Origin: Treponemataceae bacterium
Lineage (GTDB): Bacteria; Spirochaetota; Spirochaetia; Treponematales; Rectinemataceae
Assembly: GCA_963667725.2 (NCBI GenBank)
Contig: CAXXHO010000003.1
Coordinates: forward strand, 192,001-256,000
DNA length: 64,000 nucleotides
Direction: 5' to 3'
The notes under the pieces were generated by a model. That model was given only the letters and a program-made list of their open reading frames with translations, made no database searches and was not told the origin of the DNA. Below are positions 49,175 to 59,926 of the stretch, one piece after another. Position 1 is the first letter of the stretch, and each line of letters starts with the position of its first letter. Made by a program: the position numbers and the translations under genes.

Positions 49175-50887
49175 ATGCAGATGACCGGTTCAAGAATCAT
49201 CATAGAATGCCTCGTCGAGCGGGGCGTGGACGTGGTCTTCGGCTATCCCGGCGGCACCGTCCTCAATATCTACGACGAGCTGTACAGAAACGCCGACAGG
49301 ATCAGGCACATCCTGACCGCTCACGAGCAGGGGGCTTCCCACGCGGCGGACGGCTACGCGCGTTCGACCGGCAGACCCGGCGTGGTGATCGCCACGAGCG
49401 GGCCGGGCGCCACCAACCTCGTGACCGGCATAGCCGCGGCTTACATGGACTCCGTACCCCTCATCGCGATCACAGGCAACGTACCCCTCTCGCTCTTGGG
49501 CAAGGACAGTTTTCAGGAAGTGGACATCGCCGGCGTCACCATGCCTATCACCAAACACAACTTCATCGTGAAAGACGTGCGCGAACTGGCGGATACGATG
49601 AGGCTGGCCTTTGAGATCGCGACGACGGGAAGGCCGGGGCCTGTCCTGGTGGACGTCACCAAGGACGTGACCGCGGCACGGACCGAGTGGATCTCAGCCG
49701 ATGAAAGCGCCGCGCTGCGGGCGGGCGCCGCGTCGACCCATCGCTTCACGGCCAAGGCGATCAAGTCCGTCACGGCCATGGAACTCGACGACGCCGCCGC
49801 CCTCATAGCGGCGGCCGAAAAACCCTTCATCTACGCGGGCGGCGGCGTCATCATAGCCGAAGCGGCCAGCCAGCTTCGCGAATTCGCCGAGCGCCTCCAC
49901 GCCCCCTGCGCCCTCAGCCTCATGGGCCACGGCGCCATGCCCGCCGACCACCCGCTCTTCACGGGTATGATCGGCATGCACGGGACGAAAGCCTCCAATA
50001 TGGCCGCCGGCGCGGCCGACCTCCTTATCGCGGTGGGCGCCCGTTTCTCCGACCGCGTGGTCAGCAACCTGTCGGTCTTCGCGAAGAAGGCGAAGATACT
50101 CCACATCGACATCGACCCGGCCGAGATCAACAAGAACGTCAGGAGCTACACCTCCCTAGTGGGCGACGTCAAGGAAATCCTGACCGGACTCAATTCACGC
50201 ATCGCGCCGAAAAATATTTCGGCCTGGAACGGAGACATAGCGGCATGGAAAGAGGAGCGGCCTTCCTCCCACGAGACGAAAAAGGCCCTCCACCCGCGCT
50301 TCATCCTCGAGACCATCCATTCAAAGGTGGGCGACGAGGCCTTCGTCACCACCGAAGTGGGCCAGCACCAGATGTGGACCGCCCAGTTCTATCCCTTCTC
50401 GAAACCGCGAACCTTCATAACCTCGGGAGGCCTCGGCGCCATGGGCTTCGGAACGGGGGCGGCCATGGGCGTCCAGATAGCCCACCCTGAGGCGCAGGTC
50501 GTCCATATCGCCGGGGACGGTTCCTTCCGCATGAACTGCGCCGAACTGGCGACCATCGTCAACTACAACCTGCCGATACTCATCGTCGTGTTCAACAACG
50601 GGACGCTGGGCATGGTGAGGCAATGGCAGACAATGTTCTACGAAAAGCGCTACTGCCAGACGACACTCGACAGGCCGCCCGACTTCGTGAAGCTGGCCGA
50701 TGCCTACGGTCTGCCCGGCTACAGGGCCCGCGAACCCGAAGAGTTCCGCGCCTGCCTGGAAGCCGCCCTTTCCCGCAGAGGTCCCGCGCTCATCGAATGC
50801 GTTCTGGATATCGACGAGAAAGTGCTGCCGATGGTGCCCGCCGGCAAACCCATAGACGAACTTATACTCGAACCAAGAGAGAGTTGA
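49175..50887 (+). CDS. ilvB: Acetolactate synthase large subunit (biosynthetic)
   Basis: FGYPGG, HEQGASHAADG, GPGATN, GMIGMHG, VGQHQMW, GMVRQWQ. Confidence 0.95.
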   Translation: MQMTGSRIIIECLVERGVDVVFGYPGGTVLNIYDELYRNADRIRHILTAHEQGASHAADGYARSTGRPGVVIATSGPGATNLVTGIAAAYMDSVPLIAITGNVPLSLLGKDSFQEVDIAGVTMPITKHNFIVKDVRELADTMRLAFEIATTGRPGPVLVDVTKDVTAARTEWISADESAALRAGAASTHRFTAKAIKSVTAMELDDAAALIAAAEKPFIYAGGGVIIAEAASQLREFAERLHAPCALSLMGHGAMPADHPLFTGMIGMHGTKASNMAAGAADLLIAVGARFSDRVVSNLSVFAKKAKILHIDIDPAEINKNVRSYTSLVGDVKEILTGLNSRIAPKNISAWNGDIAAWKEERPSSHETKKALHPRFILETIHSKVGDEAFVTTEVGQHQMWTAQFYPFSKPRTFITSGGLGAMGFGTGAAMGVQIAHPEAQVVHIAGDGSFRMNCAELATIVNYNLPILIVVFNNGTLGMVRQWQTMFYEKRYCQTTLDRPPDFVKLADAYGLPGYRAREPEEFRACLEAALSRRGPALIECVLDIDEKVLPMVPAGKPIDELILEPRES

Positions 50888-51194
50888 GGAGCATATACAG
50901 GATCGTGCCTCCCAGAATGCTGAGGAGGGCATTCCGTTTCCAGAGATGGAGAGCGACGACGGCCGTGCCCGCGACGGCCGACGCGGCTCCGACGGCGGGG
51001 GCCGCCCAGTCGATCGAAGTATAGGAAGACACTGCCAGGACGGTCATGGCGATCGCGGGCATATAGACTTCGACGAAAGAGAGAAAGGCGGGAGGTTTTC
51101 TGCCCGCGAAGAAGAGGAAGGGCAGGGCGCGGCAGAATACGATGATCAGCATCATCGCCGCTGCGGCGATGAGGGCTTCAGCGACGCTCAGCAT
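50862..51194 (-). CDS. azlD: AzlD family branched-chain amino acid export protein
   Basis: RALPFLFF, HLWKRNALLSILGGT; downstream of azlC. Confidence 0.88.
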   Translation of the reverse strand: MLSVAEALIAAAAMMLIIVFCRALPFLFFAGRKPPAFLSFVEVYMPAIAMTVLAVSSYTSIDWAAPAVGAASAVAGTAVVALHLWKRNALLSILGGTILYMLLNSLLVRV

Positions 51195-51885
51195 CGGATA
51201 CTCCCTTGCGGTCGCCCGCCACCAGGATTATCGTCGCCATGAGCAACCCGACGATGATGGTTCCCCTGTCCCCGACGAGGAATTTCGCCGCGATGGTGGA
51301 AAGGCCGGCCACCAGGAAGGGCAGTGCTTTCCTCAGCTTGAGCGCCTGCTCCACGGCCAGGACGATGAACATCGCGGTGAGGGCGAAATTGAGCCCTTCG
51401 ATCTTGTAGGGAATGAGGGTGCCTGCCAGGGCGCCGATGGCCGTGCCCAGCACCCAATAGAGTTGGTTGAAGCCCGAAACCATGAGAAGGAAGCCGCCGT
51501 CGGCCCTGTCTTCTTCGCTTGCCGAACTCAGGAGGGCGTAGGTTTCGTCGGTGAGGGCGAATACGAGATAGGGGCGCGCGCGCGGATGCTTGCCGAAGGT
51601 TTTGATGAGGGAAAGCCCGTAGGCCGCGTGGCGAAGGTTGACGATGAGGGTGACGAGGGCGATTTCCGCCAGGGAAGCGCCCGCCGCGAAAAGTCCTATG
51701 CCGATGTACTGCGCCGCGCCGGCGTAGACGAAGACGCTCATGAGCAGGGCGAACCACCAGGGATATCCGGAATTCACCGCGAGTAGGCCGAAGCCGAAGC
51801 CTATGGTCACATAGCCGAGGAGGACGGGTATGCTCGCCTTGAAGGCGTGGATGGCCGAACTGCTTTTGCCGTCTGAAATTGTCAT
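51178..51885 (-). CDS. azlC: AzlC family branched-chain amino acid export permease
   Basis: YAGAAQY, VNLRH, LTDETYAL, YWVLGT, FALTAMF. Confidence 0.92.
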   Translation of the reverse strand: MTISDGKSSSAIHAFKASIPVLLGYVTIGFGFGLLAVNSGYPWWFALLMSVFVYAGAAQYIGIGLFAAGASLAEIALVTLIVNLRHAAYGLSLIKTFGKHPRARPYLVFALTDETYALLSSASEEDRADGGFLLMVSGFNQLYWVLGTAIGALAGTLIPYKIEGLNFALTAMFIVLAVEQALKLRKALPFLVAGLSTIAAKFLVGDRGTIIVGLLMATIILVAGDRKGVSDAERR

Positions 51886-51977
51886 TGCGAAAAGAATATG
51901 GATGATAGGGAGTTAGGTCAATCGGGAGCCGCCTCCTCGGCCTTGTAAAATCGACCTCTTTCCAGCATACTGAAACC

Positions 51978-53126
51978 ATGGGAACTCAAATGAGGGGCAT
52001 CGCGCTTTGCGCCGTCGGCCTCGAAAAAATCGCCGCGCAGGAAATAACTCGACTCGGTCTTTCCGTCCTCGAACGAAGGCCGGGCAGAATCTACTTTAAA
52101 TTGGATGAGATCACCCTGGCCAGAGATCTGGCCACGGCCAATATCGGCCTTCGAACGGTCGAAAGGGTGCTGCTCGAGCTCGGACGCTTCAACGCGGGGG
52201 ATTTCGACGCCTTTTTCGAAGGCATACGGGCTCTTCCCTGGGAACTCTGCTGCTTCAAGGATTCGAAACTTCACATCGAGAGGGTGAGATCGCACGCGTC
52301 CAAGCTGGCGGCTCAGACGAGCCTCCAGTCCATGACGCAGAAAGCCGCCTATTCCCGGCTCATGGAAATCTACAAGATGAGCCAGATGCCCGAGACGGGC
52401 AATATCGTCGGCACGCGTGTCTATGTGGACAACGACGAATGCTCGGTCGGCATCGACACCTCGGGCGACCCCCTGCACAAGAGAGGATACCGAAAGCGAG
52501 TCGTCCTGGCTCCTCTCAAGGAGACTGTCGCCGCTTCCCTCCTTTTCTTCTCCGGATGGAACAGGAAATACGCCCTCCTCGATCCCTTCTGCGGATCGGG
52601 CACCATAGCCATCGAGGCGGCCCTCTACGCCCTCGATTTCGCGCCCGGCCTCATGCGCCGCTTCTCCTTCGAGCTGATGCCCGGCGTTTCGCCCAAGGTC
52701 GTCGATGAGGTGAGATCGGAATTCGAAGCGAAGATCCGGAACGATGTCGAGGTGGAGATCAGGGCTTCGGACACCGATCCGGACGCGCTGAACGCAGCGC
52801 GAGGGAATGCCGACGACGCCGGCGTGCTGGATTGGATCACCTTCGAGCAGCGGAAGGCCGAGGACGCGGCGCCCTTCGCCCCCAAGGGGCATCTTTTGGC
52901 CAATCCGCCCTACGGCAACAGGCTGGGAACTCAGGAAGAAGCTAAAGAGCTCTACGAAAGACTGGCCGAGATGAGGGACAGGTTCTCCTCGGGCAACTGG
53001 GCGATGGGCTTCATAACCGACAAGGACGATTTCGGCGATGTGTTCGGAATGCTTCCGGACGCGTCCCACCATATCGTGAACGGAGCGGAGGAACAGTGGT
53101 TTCATTGGTTCCCGGCCAAGGGCTGA
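51978..53126 (+). CDS. THUMP-domain class I SAM-dependent RNA methyltransferase (RlmL-like)
   Basis: DTSGDPLHKRGYR, APLKET, DPFCGSGTIAIE, NPPYG. Confidence 0.9.
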   Translation: MGTQMRGIALCAVGLEKIAAQEITRLGLSVLERRPGRIYFKLDEITLARDLATANIGLRTVERVLLELGRFNAGDFDAFFEGIRALPWELCCFKDSKLHIERVRSHASKLAAQTSLQSMTQKAAYSRLMEIYKMSQMPETGNIVGTRVYVDNDECSVGIDTSGDPLHKRGYRKRVVLAPLKETVAASLLFFSGWNRKYALLDPFCGSGTIAIEAALYALDFAPGLMRRFSFELMPGVSPKVVDEVRSEFEAKIRNDVEVEIRASDTDPDALNAARGNADDAGVLDWITFEQRKAEDAAPFAPKGHLLANPPYGNRLGTQEEAKELYERLAEMRDRFSSGNWAMGFITDKDDFGDVFGMLPDASHHIVNGAEEQWFHWFPAKG

Positions 53127-53148
53127 ACCCGATCGGGAGCGCTGAGGC

Positions 53149-54732
53149 ATGAACAATAAACCGGAAAGCTACCCGCTCTGCAACCTGGACAATGGCGCCT
53201 TCGCGCCCGAAGCGGCACTCTTCGTCGTTTTCGGCGCCACGGGAGATCTCGCCCACAGGAAGATATTCCCCGCTCTCTTCGACCTTTTCGCGGGCGACAT
53301 CCTGCCCCCCGATCTCCTCATCATCGGTTTCGCGCGCAAGCCGCTGGACGATGTGTCATATCGCGAGGACCTGAAGCAAAGCTGCGTGAAATACGCGAGG
53401 CTCGGAAAGTTTTCCGACAGGAAGTGGAAGTCCTTTTCCGACCGGATTTTCTATCTCCCGTCCGATCTGGACGATCCTGAGGGCTATAAACTTCTCGCCG
53501 ACATCATCGCCGGCCGCGACGCCGGTTTTGAGGCCAGGGCAAAGGGCAGAAGCTGCCCCGCCAACGCGCTGTTCTACCTCGCCGTCGGTCCCGAGCATTT
53601 CGGCACTATCGCCGGAAGGCTGAGCAAGGCCGGCCTGGGGTCGGCGGGATCGGGCGCGGCCGGCGGCGAGATGGGCAAAGAAGGCTTGAAGGGCAGGGAA
53701 GGCTGGCGCCGGCTCGTCGTGGAAAAACCCTACGGGCGGGACGGGAAAAGCGCCCTGGCCCTGACCGCGGCGCTCCACGACGGCTTCGCCGAGAAAGACA
53801 TCTATCGGATAGACCATTACCTCGGCAAGGAAACGGTGCAGAACCTTCTCTATCTCAGGTTCGCGAACTCGGTTTTCGAGCCGGTCTGGAACAGGAACCA
53901 TATCGAGTCGATCGATATTTCCGTGTTCGAGACGGAGGGCATCGGGGAGAGGGGCGGATACTACGATTCCGCGGGAGCCGCGCGCGACATGCTCCAGAAT
54001 CACCTGATCCAGCTCATGTGCCTGACGACGATGGAACCGCCAGCAAGCCTCGACCCGGAGAGCATCCGCGACGAGAAGGTGAAGGTCCTGCAGTCGGTTT
54101 CGCGCTTTCTGCCGCGGGATATCCTTTCGCGGTCGAGGCGGGGGCAGTACGTAGGGGGAAGGGATTCCGAAGGCAAACAGGTTCGCGCCTACAGGGACGA
54201 GTCTAGGGTGAGGCCAGATTCGACCACGGAGACTTTCGTCTCCCTGCGTGTCGAGTTGGACAACTGGCGCTTTTCCGGCGTTCCGATCAGGCTGTCGACC
54301 GGCAAGGCTTTCGCGTCGAAATTCAGCCAGATCGTCATCCATTTCAGGCGGCCGCCCGTCGCGCTTTTCGCCGCCCAATGCGGCGACACGCTCATGCACA
54401 ACACGCTCACCATCAGGATACAGCCCGACGAGGGCGTATGGCTGCGTTTCAACGCCAAGGTGCCGGGCATTCCCGCCATCAAGGCGAGCGAGCTCCGTTT
54501 TTCTTACAGGGAAGTGGCCGACTATCTGCCCGAGGCCTACGAGAGGCTCATCGCCGACGCCCTCGCCGGGGATTCCACGCTCTTCATCCGGGCCGACGAA
54601 TCCGAGCATGCCTGGCGCATCGTTGACGCGCTGGAGGCGGCATGGGCATCGGTAGATGCCCATGCCGCCTCGGAGCAGGGTGGCTTGCTTCCGTATCCCG
54701 CCGGTTCGGCGGTTCCGGAGTTCCCCGCTTGA
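53149..54732 (+). CDS. zwf: Glucose-6-phosphate 1-dehydrogenase
   Basis: GATGDLA, EKPYG, RIDHYLGKETVQN, RDMLQNHL. Confidence 0.96.
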   Translation: MNNKPESYPLCNLDNGAFAPEAALFVVFGATGDLAHRKIFPALFDLFAGDILPPDLLIIGFARKPLDDVSYREDLKQSCVKYARLGKFSDRKWKSFSDRIFYLPSDLDDPEGYKLLADIIAGRDAGFEARAKGRSCPANALFYLAVGPEHFGTIAGRLSKAGLGSAGSGAAGGEMGKEGLKGREGWRRLVVEKPYGRDGKSALALTAALHDGFAEKDIYRIDHYLGKETVQNLLYLRFANSVFEPVWNRNHIESIDISVFETEGIGERGGYYDSAGAARDMLQNHLIQLMCLTTMEPPASLDPESIRDEKVKVLQSVSRFLPRDILSRSRRGQYVGGRDSEGKQVRAYRDESRVRPDSTTETFVSLRVELDNWRFSGVPIRLSTGKAFASKFSQIVIHFRRPPVALFAAQCGDTLMHNTLTIRIQPDEGVWLRFNAKVPGIPAIKASELRFSYREVADYLPEAYERLIADALAGDSTLFIRADESEHAWRIVDALEAAWASVDAHAASEQGGLLPYPAGSAVPEFPA

Positions 54733-55439
54733 GCTTCGCGCTTTGCCGTTTCGAGGACGAGGGCGCCTGGATAGGCGGGATTGTCCTGGATTTTACAGGC
54801 GCCGTAGAGGCGGCCATAGGCCGCCGGCAGGCTGTATTCCACGCGAGTCTGGCCGGAGGGAATACTCCGGAGCCCGCGTACAGGGCTCTTGCCGCCGCCC
54901 CCTCCCTCGCCGCTCTGAGCGGAAAAATCCGTATCCATCTCTGGGTCGGCGACGAAAGGGAAGTGCCGGCCGATAGTCCTTTGCGCAACGGGGCGATGAT
55001 AGCCTCGGTTTTCGGGGAGGGGGCGGCTTCCGCTAGTGCCGTCGCGTCCTGGAGTCATTATCCCCTCGTTCATCTTTGGCCCGAGGGCGACCGGAATAAA
55101 GCATGCGCGGCCTATGCCGAGGAAATCGAGAAGACCATCGGCGAACAGCCAGTCTTCGATCTCTCCATTCTCGGGATGGGCGCCGATGGCCATACCGCCG
55201 GCCTTTTCTCCATGGCCGACGCGATGGCCGAATCCCTCGCGATCGTCACGGATGCCCCTTTCCACCCCGTATCGCGGATGACGCTGAGCGCCGCTCTACT
55301 CAAGCGGTCGCGGCATACCATGGTTTTCGTTCGGGGACGCGAAAAAAAGGCGATGCTGGATAAAGTCCTGGAAGATGACCGCTTCCCCCTGAATATGGCG
55401 ACCGGATCCCCCGCCACAATCTATTATCTCGAAGCCTGA
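54729..55439 (+). CDS. pgl: 6-phosphogluconolactonase
   Basis: LAGGNTP, GDEREVP, LGMGADGHTA, RMTL; follows zwf; TTG start inferred. Confidence 0.88.
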   Translation: MSFALCRFEDEGAWIGGIVLDFTGAVEAAIGRRQAVFHASLAGGNTPEPAYRALAAAPSLAALSGKIRIHLWVGDEREVPADSPLRNGAMIASVFGEGAASASAVASWSHYPLVHLWPEGDRNKACAAYAEEIEKTIGEQPVFDLSILGMGADGHTAGLFSMADAMAESLAIVTDAPFHPVSRMTLSAALLKRSRHTMVFVRGREKKAMLDKVLEDDRFPLNMATGSPATIYYLEA

Positions 55440-55456
55440 ACGAATAGGAGACCACG

Positions 55457-56227
55457 ATGAATCCAGGATCGAAAGCCCGCGGCCTCCTTTCAGCCGCTTT
55501 TTTCATGATGCTGGTTCCCGTGACGCCTCATGCCCAGGAAAATCCCCAGCCGCAGACGCTGACCTTCGCCAACTATAAATGGACGGTCCGCCAGACCACT
55601 CAGCCCGAGGGACCGATGGGCAACTACTTCGGAGGCCGCGATCTTTCCGTTTTCCTGAATGGCGATGGATCGTTGACCTTGAAAATATCGCCCGAGCAAG
55701 GCATCTGGCACGCGGGCGAGGTAACCTCGCAGAAATTCATGGGCTATGGCACCTATGTTTTCAAGGTCAGGACCCCTCCCGCCGGCTTGGATCCGAATAT
55801 CGTGCTCGGACTTTTCACCTATTCAAGGGCGAGCGCCTACAGCCATAGGGAAATCGACATTGAATTTTCCGCCTGGGGGCAGAGCGGAAAACCCGTATTG
55901 GGGCAGTACGTGATCCAGCCCTACGCCGATCCCGGCCATATGATCGCGTTCGATATCTCGAAAATCGGCGGACCCGCGACCTATATGTTTACCTGGCTCG
56001 AAGGAAGAATAGATTTCGTTTCCTGGGAGGGCTACGGACCGCGGCCGGAAGACGGCTCCCCCTCCATCATATCCTCCTGGAGCTTCTCCGACCCCAAAGC
56101 CGTCCCCAAGCCCTCGAGCCAGGTACATATTAACCTCTACCTCGCCCACGGCGACGTTCCGCCCTCCGGCCGCGGCTCCCTTGCCGTCACCATAGACTCC
56201 TTCGAATTCATTCAGGCAAAAAAATAG
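55457..56227 (+). CDS. Secreted GH16-like (laminarinase-fold) protein
   Basis: Signal peptide; GYGTY, GLFTY, catalytic EIDIE motif. Confidence 0.75.
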   Translation: MNPGSKARGLLSAAFFMMLVPVTPHAQENPQPQTLTFANYKWTVRQTTQPEGPMGNYFGGRDLSVFLNGDGSLTLKISPEQGIWHAGEVTSQKFMGYGTYVFKVRTPPAGLDPNIVLGLFTYSRASAYSHREIDIEFSAWGQSGKPVLGQYVIQPYADPGHMIAFDISKIGGPATYMFTWLEGRIDFVSWEGYGPRPEDGSPSIISSWSFSDPKAVPKPSSQVHINLYLAHGDVPPSGRGSLAVTIDSFEFIQAKK

Positions 56228-56259
56228 GAGCCGTCCACGATTTTCTCGTGAACGGCTCC
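56227..56259. terminator. Hairpin between the convergent GH16-like and ATPase genes
   Basis: GGAGCCGTCCACGA-TTTTC-TCGTGAACGGCTCC with one mismatch; no strong U-tract. Confidence 0.5.
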
Positions 56260-56339
56260 CATCTATGCGCCGGCCTTTTCATCGGGCGGCGCCAAAGCGC
56301 AGTCGGCGGTCAAGCGCAGCCAGCGCCGGCCCACAATGC

Positions 56340-57044
56340 TCAGTTTTCGGCTATAAGCAGCGACTTCGTGTCCAGCTTCAGGCTCAGGTCCTTGGGATTC
56401 AGCATCTCGTGGTCCTTGATGACCTTGAAGTGAATGTAATCGTGCATGGGTTCCAGAACGATGAGCACCGAAATCAGGGGAAGGAGTTCCCTGAGGAGAA
56501 TCGGCACATTGTTCTTGTCGAAGAGAGGATCGGCGCCCGACAGCGTGCAGGAGTACCATACTTCCAGCCCCATCTCGGCGATGAATTTCTTTACTTTTTC
56601 GAAGCGCTCCACAGAGCCGCGCGAGAAGTCGAATCCGTCGACGATAACCGTCTTCGCGTCGAAGCCGCCATCCACGATCATCGCCCTGAGGGAGCGGGTG
56701 ATCTGGTCGACCGATACTCCTTCCTGGGTGAAGTTCATGATGACGCGGTTGCGCACCAGCTGGTCCTTTAGATTGCCGATGTCTTCCAGGTTTTTCCGTT
56801 TCGCGATCTCATCGAAAATATTCTCGTACCAGGAAATAACGTAACTCGTGTGCGCGTTGAAAGAAACATGGATGACTTTTTCTCCCTGGATGAGCTTGTC
56901 GAGCGCCATCTGGACGAGAACGGAAGTCTTGCCTATGCCCTTTCTGCTGGAGATTATTCCGATATTGCCAGCGCCGAGGCCGCCTTCTATCGACTTCTCC
57001 AGAACGCGCACGCTGCTTTTCGAAATGAATTCTTCCTTCAGCAT
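56340..57044 (-). CDS. RecA/KaiC-superfamily P-loop ATPase of unknown function
   Basis: GGLGAGNIGII-SSRKGIGKTS Walker A variant, VIHVSF, VIVDG Walker B. Confidence 0.7.
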   Translation of the reverse strand: MLKEEFISKSSVRVLEKSIEGGLGAGNIGIISSRKGIGKTSVLVQMALDKLIQGEKVIHVSFNAHTSYVISWYENIFDEIAKRKNLEDIGNLKDQLVRNRVIMNFTQEGVSVDQITRSLRAMIVDGGFDAKTVIVDGFDFSRGSVERFEKVKKFIAEMGLEVWYSCTLSGADPLFDKNNVPILLRELLPLISVLIVLEPMHDYIHFKVIKDHEMLNPKDLSLKLDTKSLLIAEN

Positions 57045-57173
57045 GTGATCTCCTTTCGGCGATTGCGGGGCAATCCCCTGAAATCTTCCCCGGCGCCGGA
57101 ACGCCTGGGGGAATCTTCATTCTTTAGTATACCCGCATTTCCGGCGGGCGGTAAAAAGATTTTGCCCAAAAAA

Positions 57174-59264
57174 TTACTTCTGGTGTTCTTTCTTTCTCTT
57201 CTCGAGATAATCCTCTCTCAGCTTTTCGGAGATCGAGGTGGGGACCTTTCCGTACTTCTCGAATTCCATGGTGAACTCGGCCTTGCCCTGAGTGAGCGAC
57301 CTGATGACCGTGGAATAGCCGAACATCTCGGCGAGGGGCACTTCCGCCTCTACGCGGCAGAACAGGCCATCCTCGGTGCTGGCGGTGATGATGCCGCGCC
57401 TCTGGTTCAGCGAAGCGAAGATATTGCCCTGGAATTCGTTTGGTCCCTCGACGCTCACCTTCATGATAGGCTCGAGAATGGCGGGCTTGGCCTTTTCATA
57501 GGCTTCCCTGAAGGCGCCGATGGCCGCCAACTGGAAGGCGATATCGGAGGAGTCGACCGCGTGGCTCTGACCGTCGTTGACGAGACAGCGCACGTTGACG
57601 ATGGGGAAGCCGATGAGGCTGCCCTTCTGGGTCGCGGCCTTGAAGCCCTTGTCGCAGGAAGGGATGAATTCGATGGGAATCGCGCCGCCCTTCACCTGGT
57701 TGACGAATTCATAGTTCTGCTCGGTGATGGGCTCGATATAGCCCGCGACGCGGCCGTACTGGCCCGAGCCGCCCGTCTGCTTCTTATGGGTATAGTTGAA
57801 ATCGGCCCGCTGCGTGATGGCTTCGCGGTAGGCTACCTGCGGTCTGCCAATTTCTACCTCGCACTTGTACTCGCGGCGCATGCGCTCCACATAGACTTCG
57901 AGATGAAGTTCGCCCATTCCCTTGATGATGGTCTGGTTGGACTCGGGATCGACGAAGGTCTGGAAGGTGGGGTCTTCCTTGGTGAAGCGGTTGAGCGCCT
58001 TGCCCATCTGGTCCGAGGATTTCTTGTCCTTGGGTTCGATGGCCAGGGAGATGACCGGTTCGGGAATAAACATCGACGACATGGCGTAATTGAGATCCGG
58101 GTGGCAGAAAGTGTCGCCGGACGCGCACTCGACGCCGAAGAGGGCGACGATGTCGCCGCAATAGCCTTCGGTGATGTCTTCCATGGAGTTGGCGTGCATG
58201 CGGACGAGCCTTCCCACCTTGAAGCGCTTGCGCGACCTGGTGTTGTAGAGTTCATCGCCCTTCTTGAGTTCGCCCTGATAGATGCGCACATAGGTGAGCT
58301 GACCGTACTGGCCATCCTCGAGCTTGAAGCCGAGGGCCACGGGTTTCTGGTTCGGGTCGGAGATGAGCTCGACTTCCTTCTCGCCGTTGTCGAGGTCGAG
58401 CGCGACGTTGCGGACCTCGGTGGGGTCGGGGAGATAGCTGACGACGGCGTCGAGGAGAATCTGCACGCCCTTGTTCTTGTAGGCCGAGCCCACGAAGACG
58501 GGGACGAATTTCTCGGCGATGACGCCCTTGCGGATGGCTGCCATGAGCATTTCGTTCGTGTATTCGCCTTCGAGGAAGGCTTCGGCCAGTTCGTCGGAGA
58601 ACATAGCCGCGGCTTCCGCGAGTTCCTCGCGGTAACGCTCGGCGTCGGCCACGAGATGGGCGGGGATATCGGCATAGCGGATGTCTTCGCCACTGGGGCC
58701 GTCGAAATACACGGCGCGCATGAGGACGAGGTCGATGACGCCTTCCAGCTTGTCCTCGAGCCCGATGGGGATCGTGACGAAGGCCGGATTGAGCCCGAGC
58801 TTTTCCTGGAGCTGCGCCTTTACCTTGAAGGGATTGGCGCCGGTGCGGTCGCACTTATTAATGAAGGCGAGCCGGGGAACGTGGTAGCGCTTAAGCTGGC
58901 GGTCCACCGTGATGGACTGGGACTGTACGCCCGCCACCGCGCAGAGCACGAGTATGGCCCCATCGAGAACGCGCAGGGAACGCTCGACTTCGATCGTGAA
59001 GTCAACGTGTCCCGGCGTATCGATCAGGTTGATGTCGTAGCCCTTCCACTGAACGTTGGTGGCCGCGGACTGGATGGTTATGCCGCGCTCGCGTTCCAGG
59101 TCCATGGAGTCCATGGTCGCGCCCGCGCCATCCTTGCCCCTTACTTCGTGTATGGCATAAATCTTCTGGCAGTAGAAGAGTATACGCTCTGACAGCGTTG
59201 TCTTGCCCGAATCGATATGGGCGGAAATCCCGATGTTTCGCATCTTGTGAATGTCATTGGACAT
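57174..59264 (-). CDS. fusA: Elongation factor G
   Basis: [50 protein letters not shown]; not adjacent to rpsL/rpsG. Confidence 0.97.
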   Translation of the reverse strand: MSNDIHKMRNIGISAHIDSGKTTLSERILFYCQKIYAIHEVRGKDGAGATMDSMDLERERGITIQSAATNVQWKGYDINLIDTPGHVDFTIEVERSLRVLDGAILVLCAVAGVQSQSITVDRQLKRYHVPRLAFINKCDRTGANPFKVKAQLQEKLGLNPAFVTIPIGLEDKLEGVIDLVLMRAVYFDGPSGEDIRYADIPAHLVADAERYREELAEAAAMFSDELAEAFLEGEYTNEMLMAAIRKGVIAEKFVPVFVGSAYKNKGVQILLDAVVSYLPDPTEVRNVALDLDNGEKEVELISDPNQKPVALGFKLEDGQYGQLTYVRIYQGELKKGDELYNTRSRKRFKVGRLVRMHANSMEDITEGYCGDIVALFGVECASGDTFCHPDLNYAMSSMFIPEPVISLAIEPKDKKSSDQMGKALNRFTKEDPTFQTFVDPESNQTIIKGMGELHLEVYVERMRREYKCEVEIGRPQVAYREAITQRADFNYTHKKQTGGSGQYGRVAGYIEPITEQNYEFVNQVKGGAIPIEFIPSCDKGFKAATQKGSLIGFPIVNVRCLVNDGQSHAVDSSDIAFQLAAIGAFREAYEKAKPAILEPIMKVSVEGPNEFQGNIFASLNQRRGIITASTEDGLFCRVEAEVPLAEMFGYSTVIRSLTQGKAEFTMEFEKYGKVPTSISEKLREDYLEKRKKEHQK

Positions 59265-59462
59265 CTTGAGCCTTCACCTCATTGCAATAGAATGCGGGCG
59301 CCAAAAAGCGCCGTTCGCGGTTCAAAACGGTACCTGGCAGCATTGTTGATAACGATGCGGGAGATTGTAGAAAAAAATGCGGTTTGTTCCCATTTGTTAG
59401 AAAATCAGCTACCTGGCTACAGTATAGTGAAAAAGGTTCAGTTTTTCAATACCCGCGGACGG

Positions 59463-59879
59463 TCAGATATATTCGATTTCCCAATCGAGCGGCGCGCTGT
59501 CTCTGAGCATCGCGCTGACGCCGCAGTATTTTTGCTGGGAAAGCTCGCAGGCCTTCCTCACGTTGTTGGGATTGAGATGATCGCTTTCCTTGAACTGGTA
59601 GATCAATTTGATATGGACATATTTCTTGGGATGCTCGTCTCTGCCGTCGCCTTCCGCTTTCATGGCGAACCATGTGCAAGGTTCCCTCATTTTCTTGAGG
59701 ATGGAAACGACATCCATGCCGGAACAGCCGCTGAGGGCCGCCAATAAAAGCGGCTTGGGCCTGGCGCCTTCATCCTGCCCGCCGTCCGCGGTGGCCGCGT
59801 CCATGACAATCTTGTGGCCGTTCACGTCGGCCTCAAACGCCATGCCGCCATTCCAGATAGTCCTTATTTCGCTTTTCAT
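59463..59879 (-). CDS. OsmC/YhfA family protein
   Basis: RPKPLLLAALSGCSGMDVVSILKKMR, KYCGVS. Confidence 0.9.
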   Translation of the reverse strand: MKSEIRTIWNGGMAFEADVNGHKIVMDAATADGGQDEGARPKPLLLAALSGCSGMDVVSILKKMREPCTWFAMKAEGDGRDEHPKKYVHIKLIYQFKESDHLNPNNVRKACELSQQKYCGVSAMLRDSAPLDWEIEYI

Positions 59880-59926
59880 GGGGTGCCTCCCTTCGCATGA
59901 TATAACGTCGGGAGGAGGCCTGGCAA

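Noticed and set aside
56850..59192. 780-aa plus-strand ORF, and similar long ORFs such as 3204-4649, 10495-11790 and 53356-54663
   Set aside because: Antisense shadows of well-supported genes in high-GC, codon-biased DNA; no recognisable motifs
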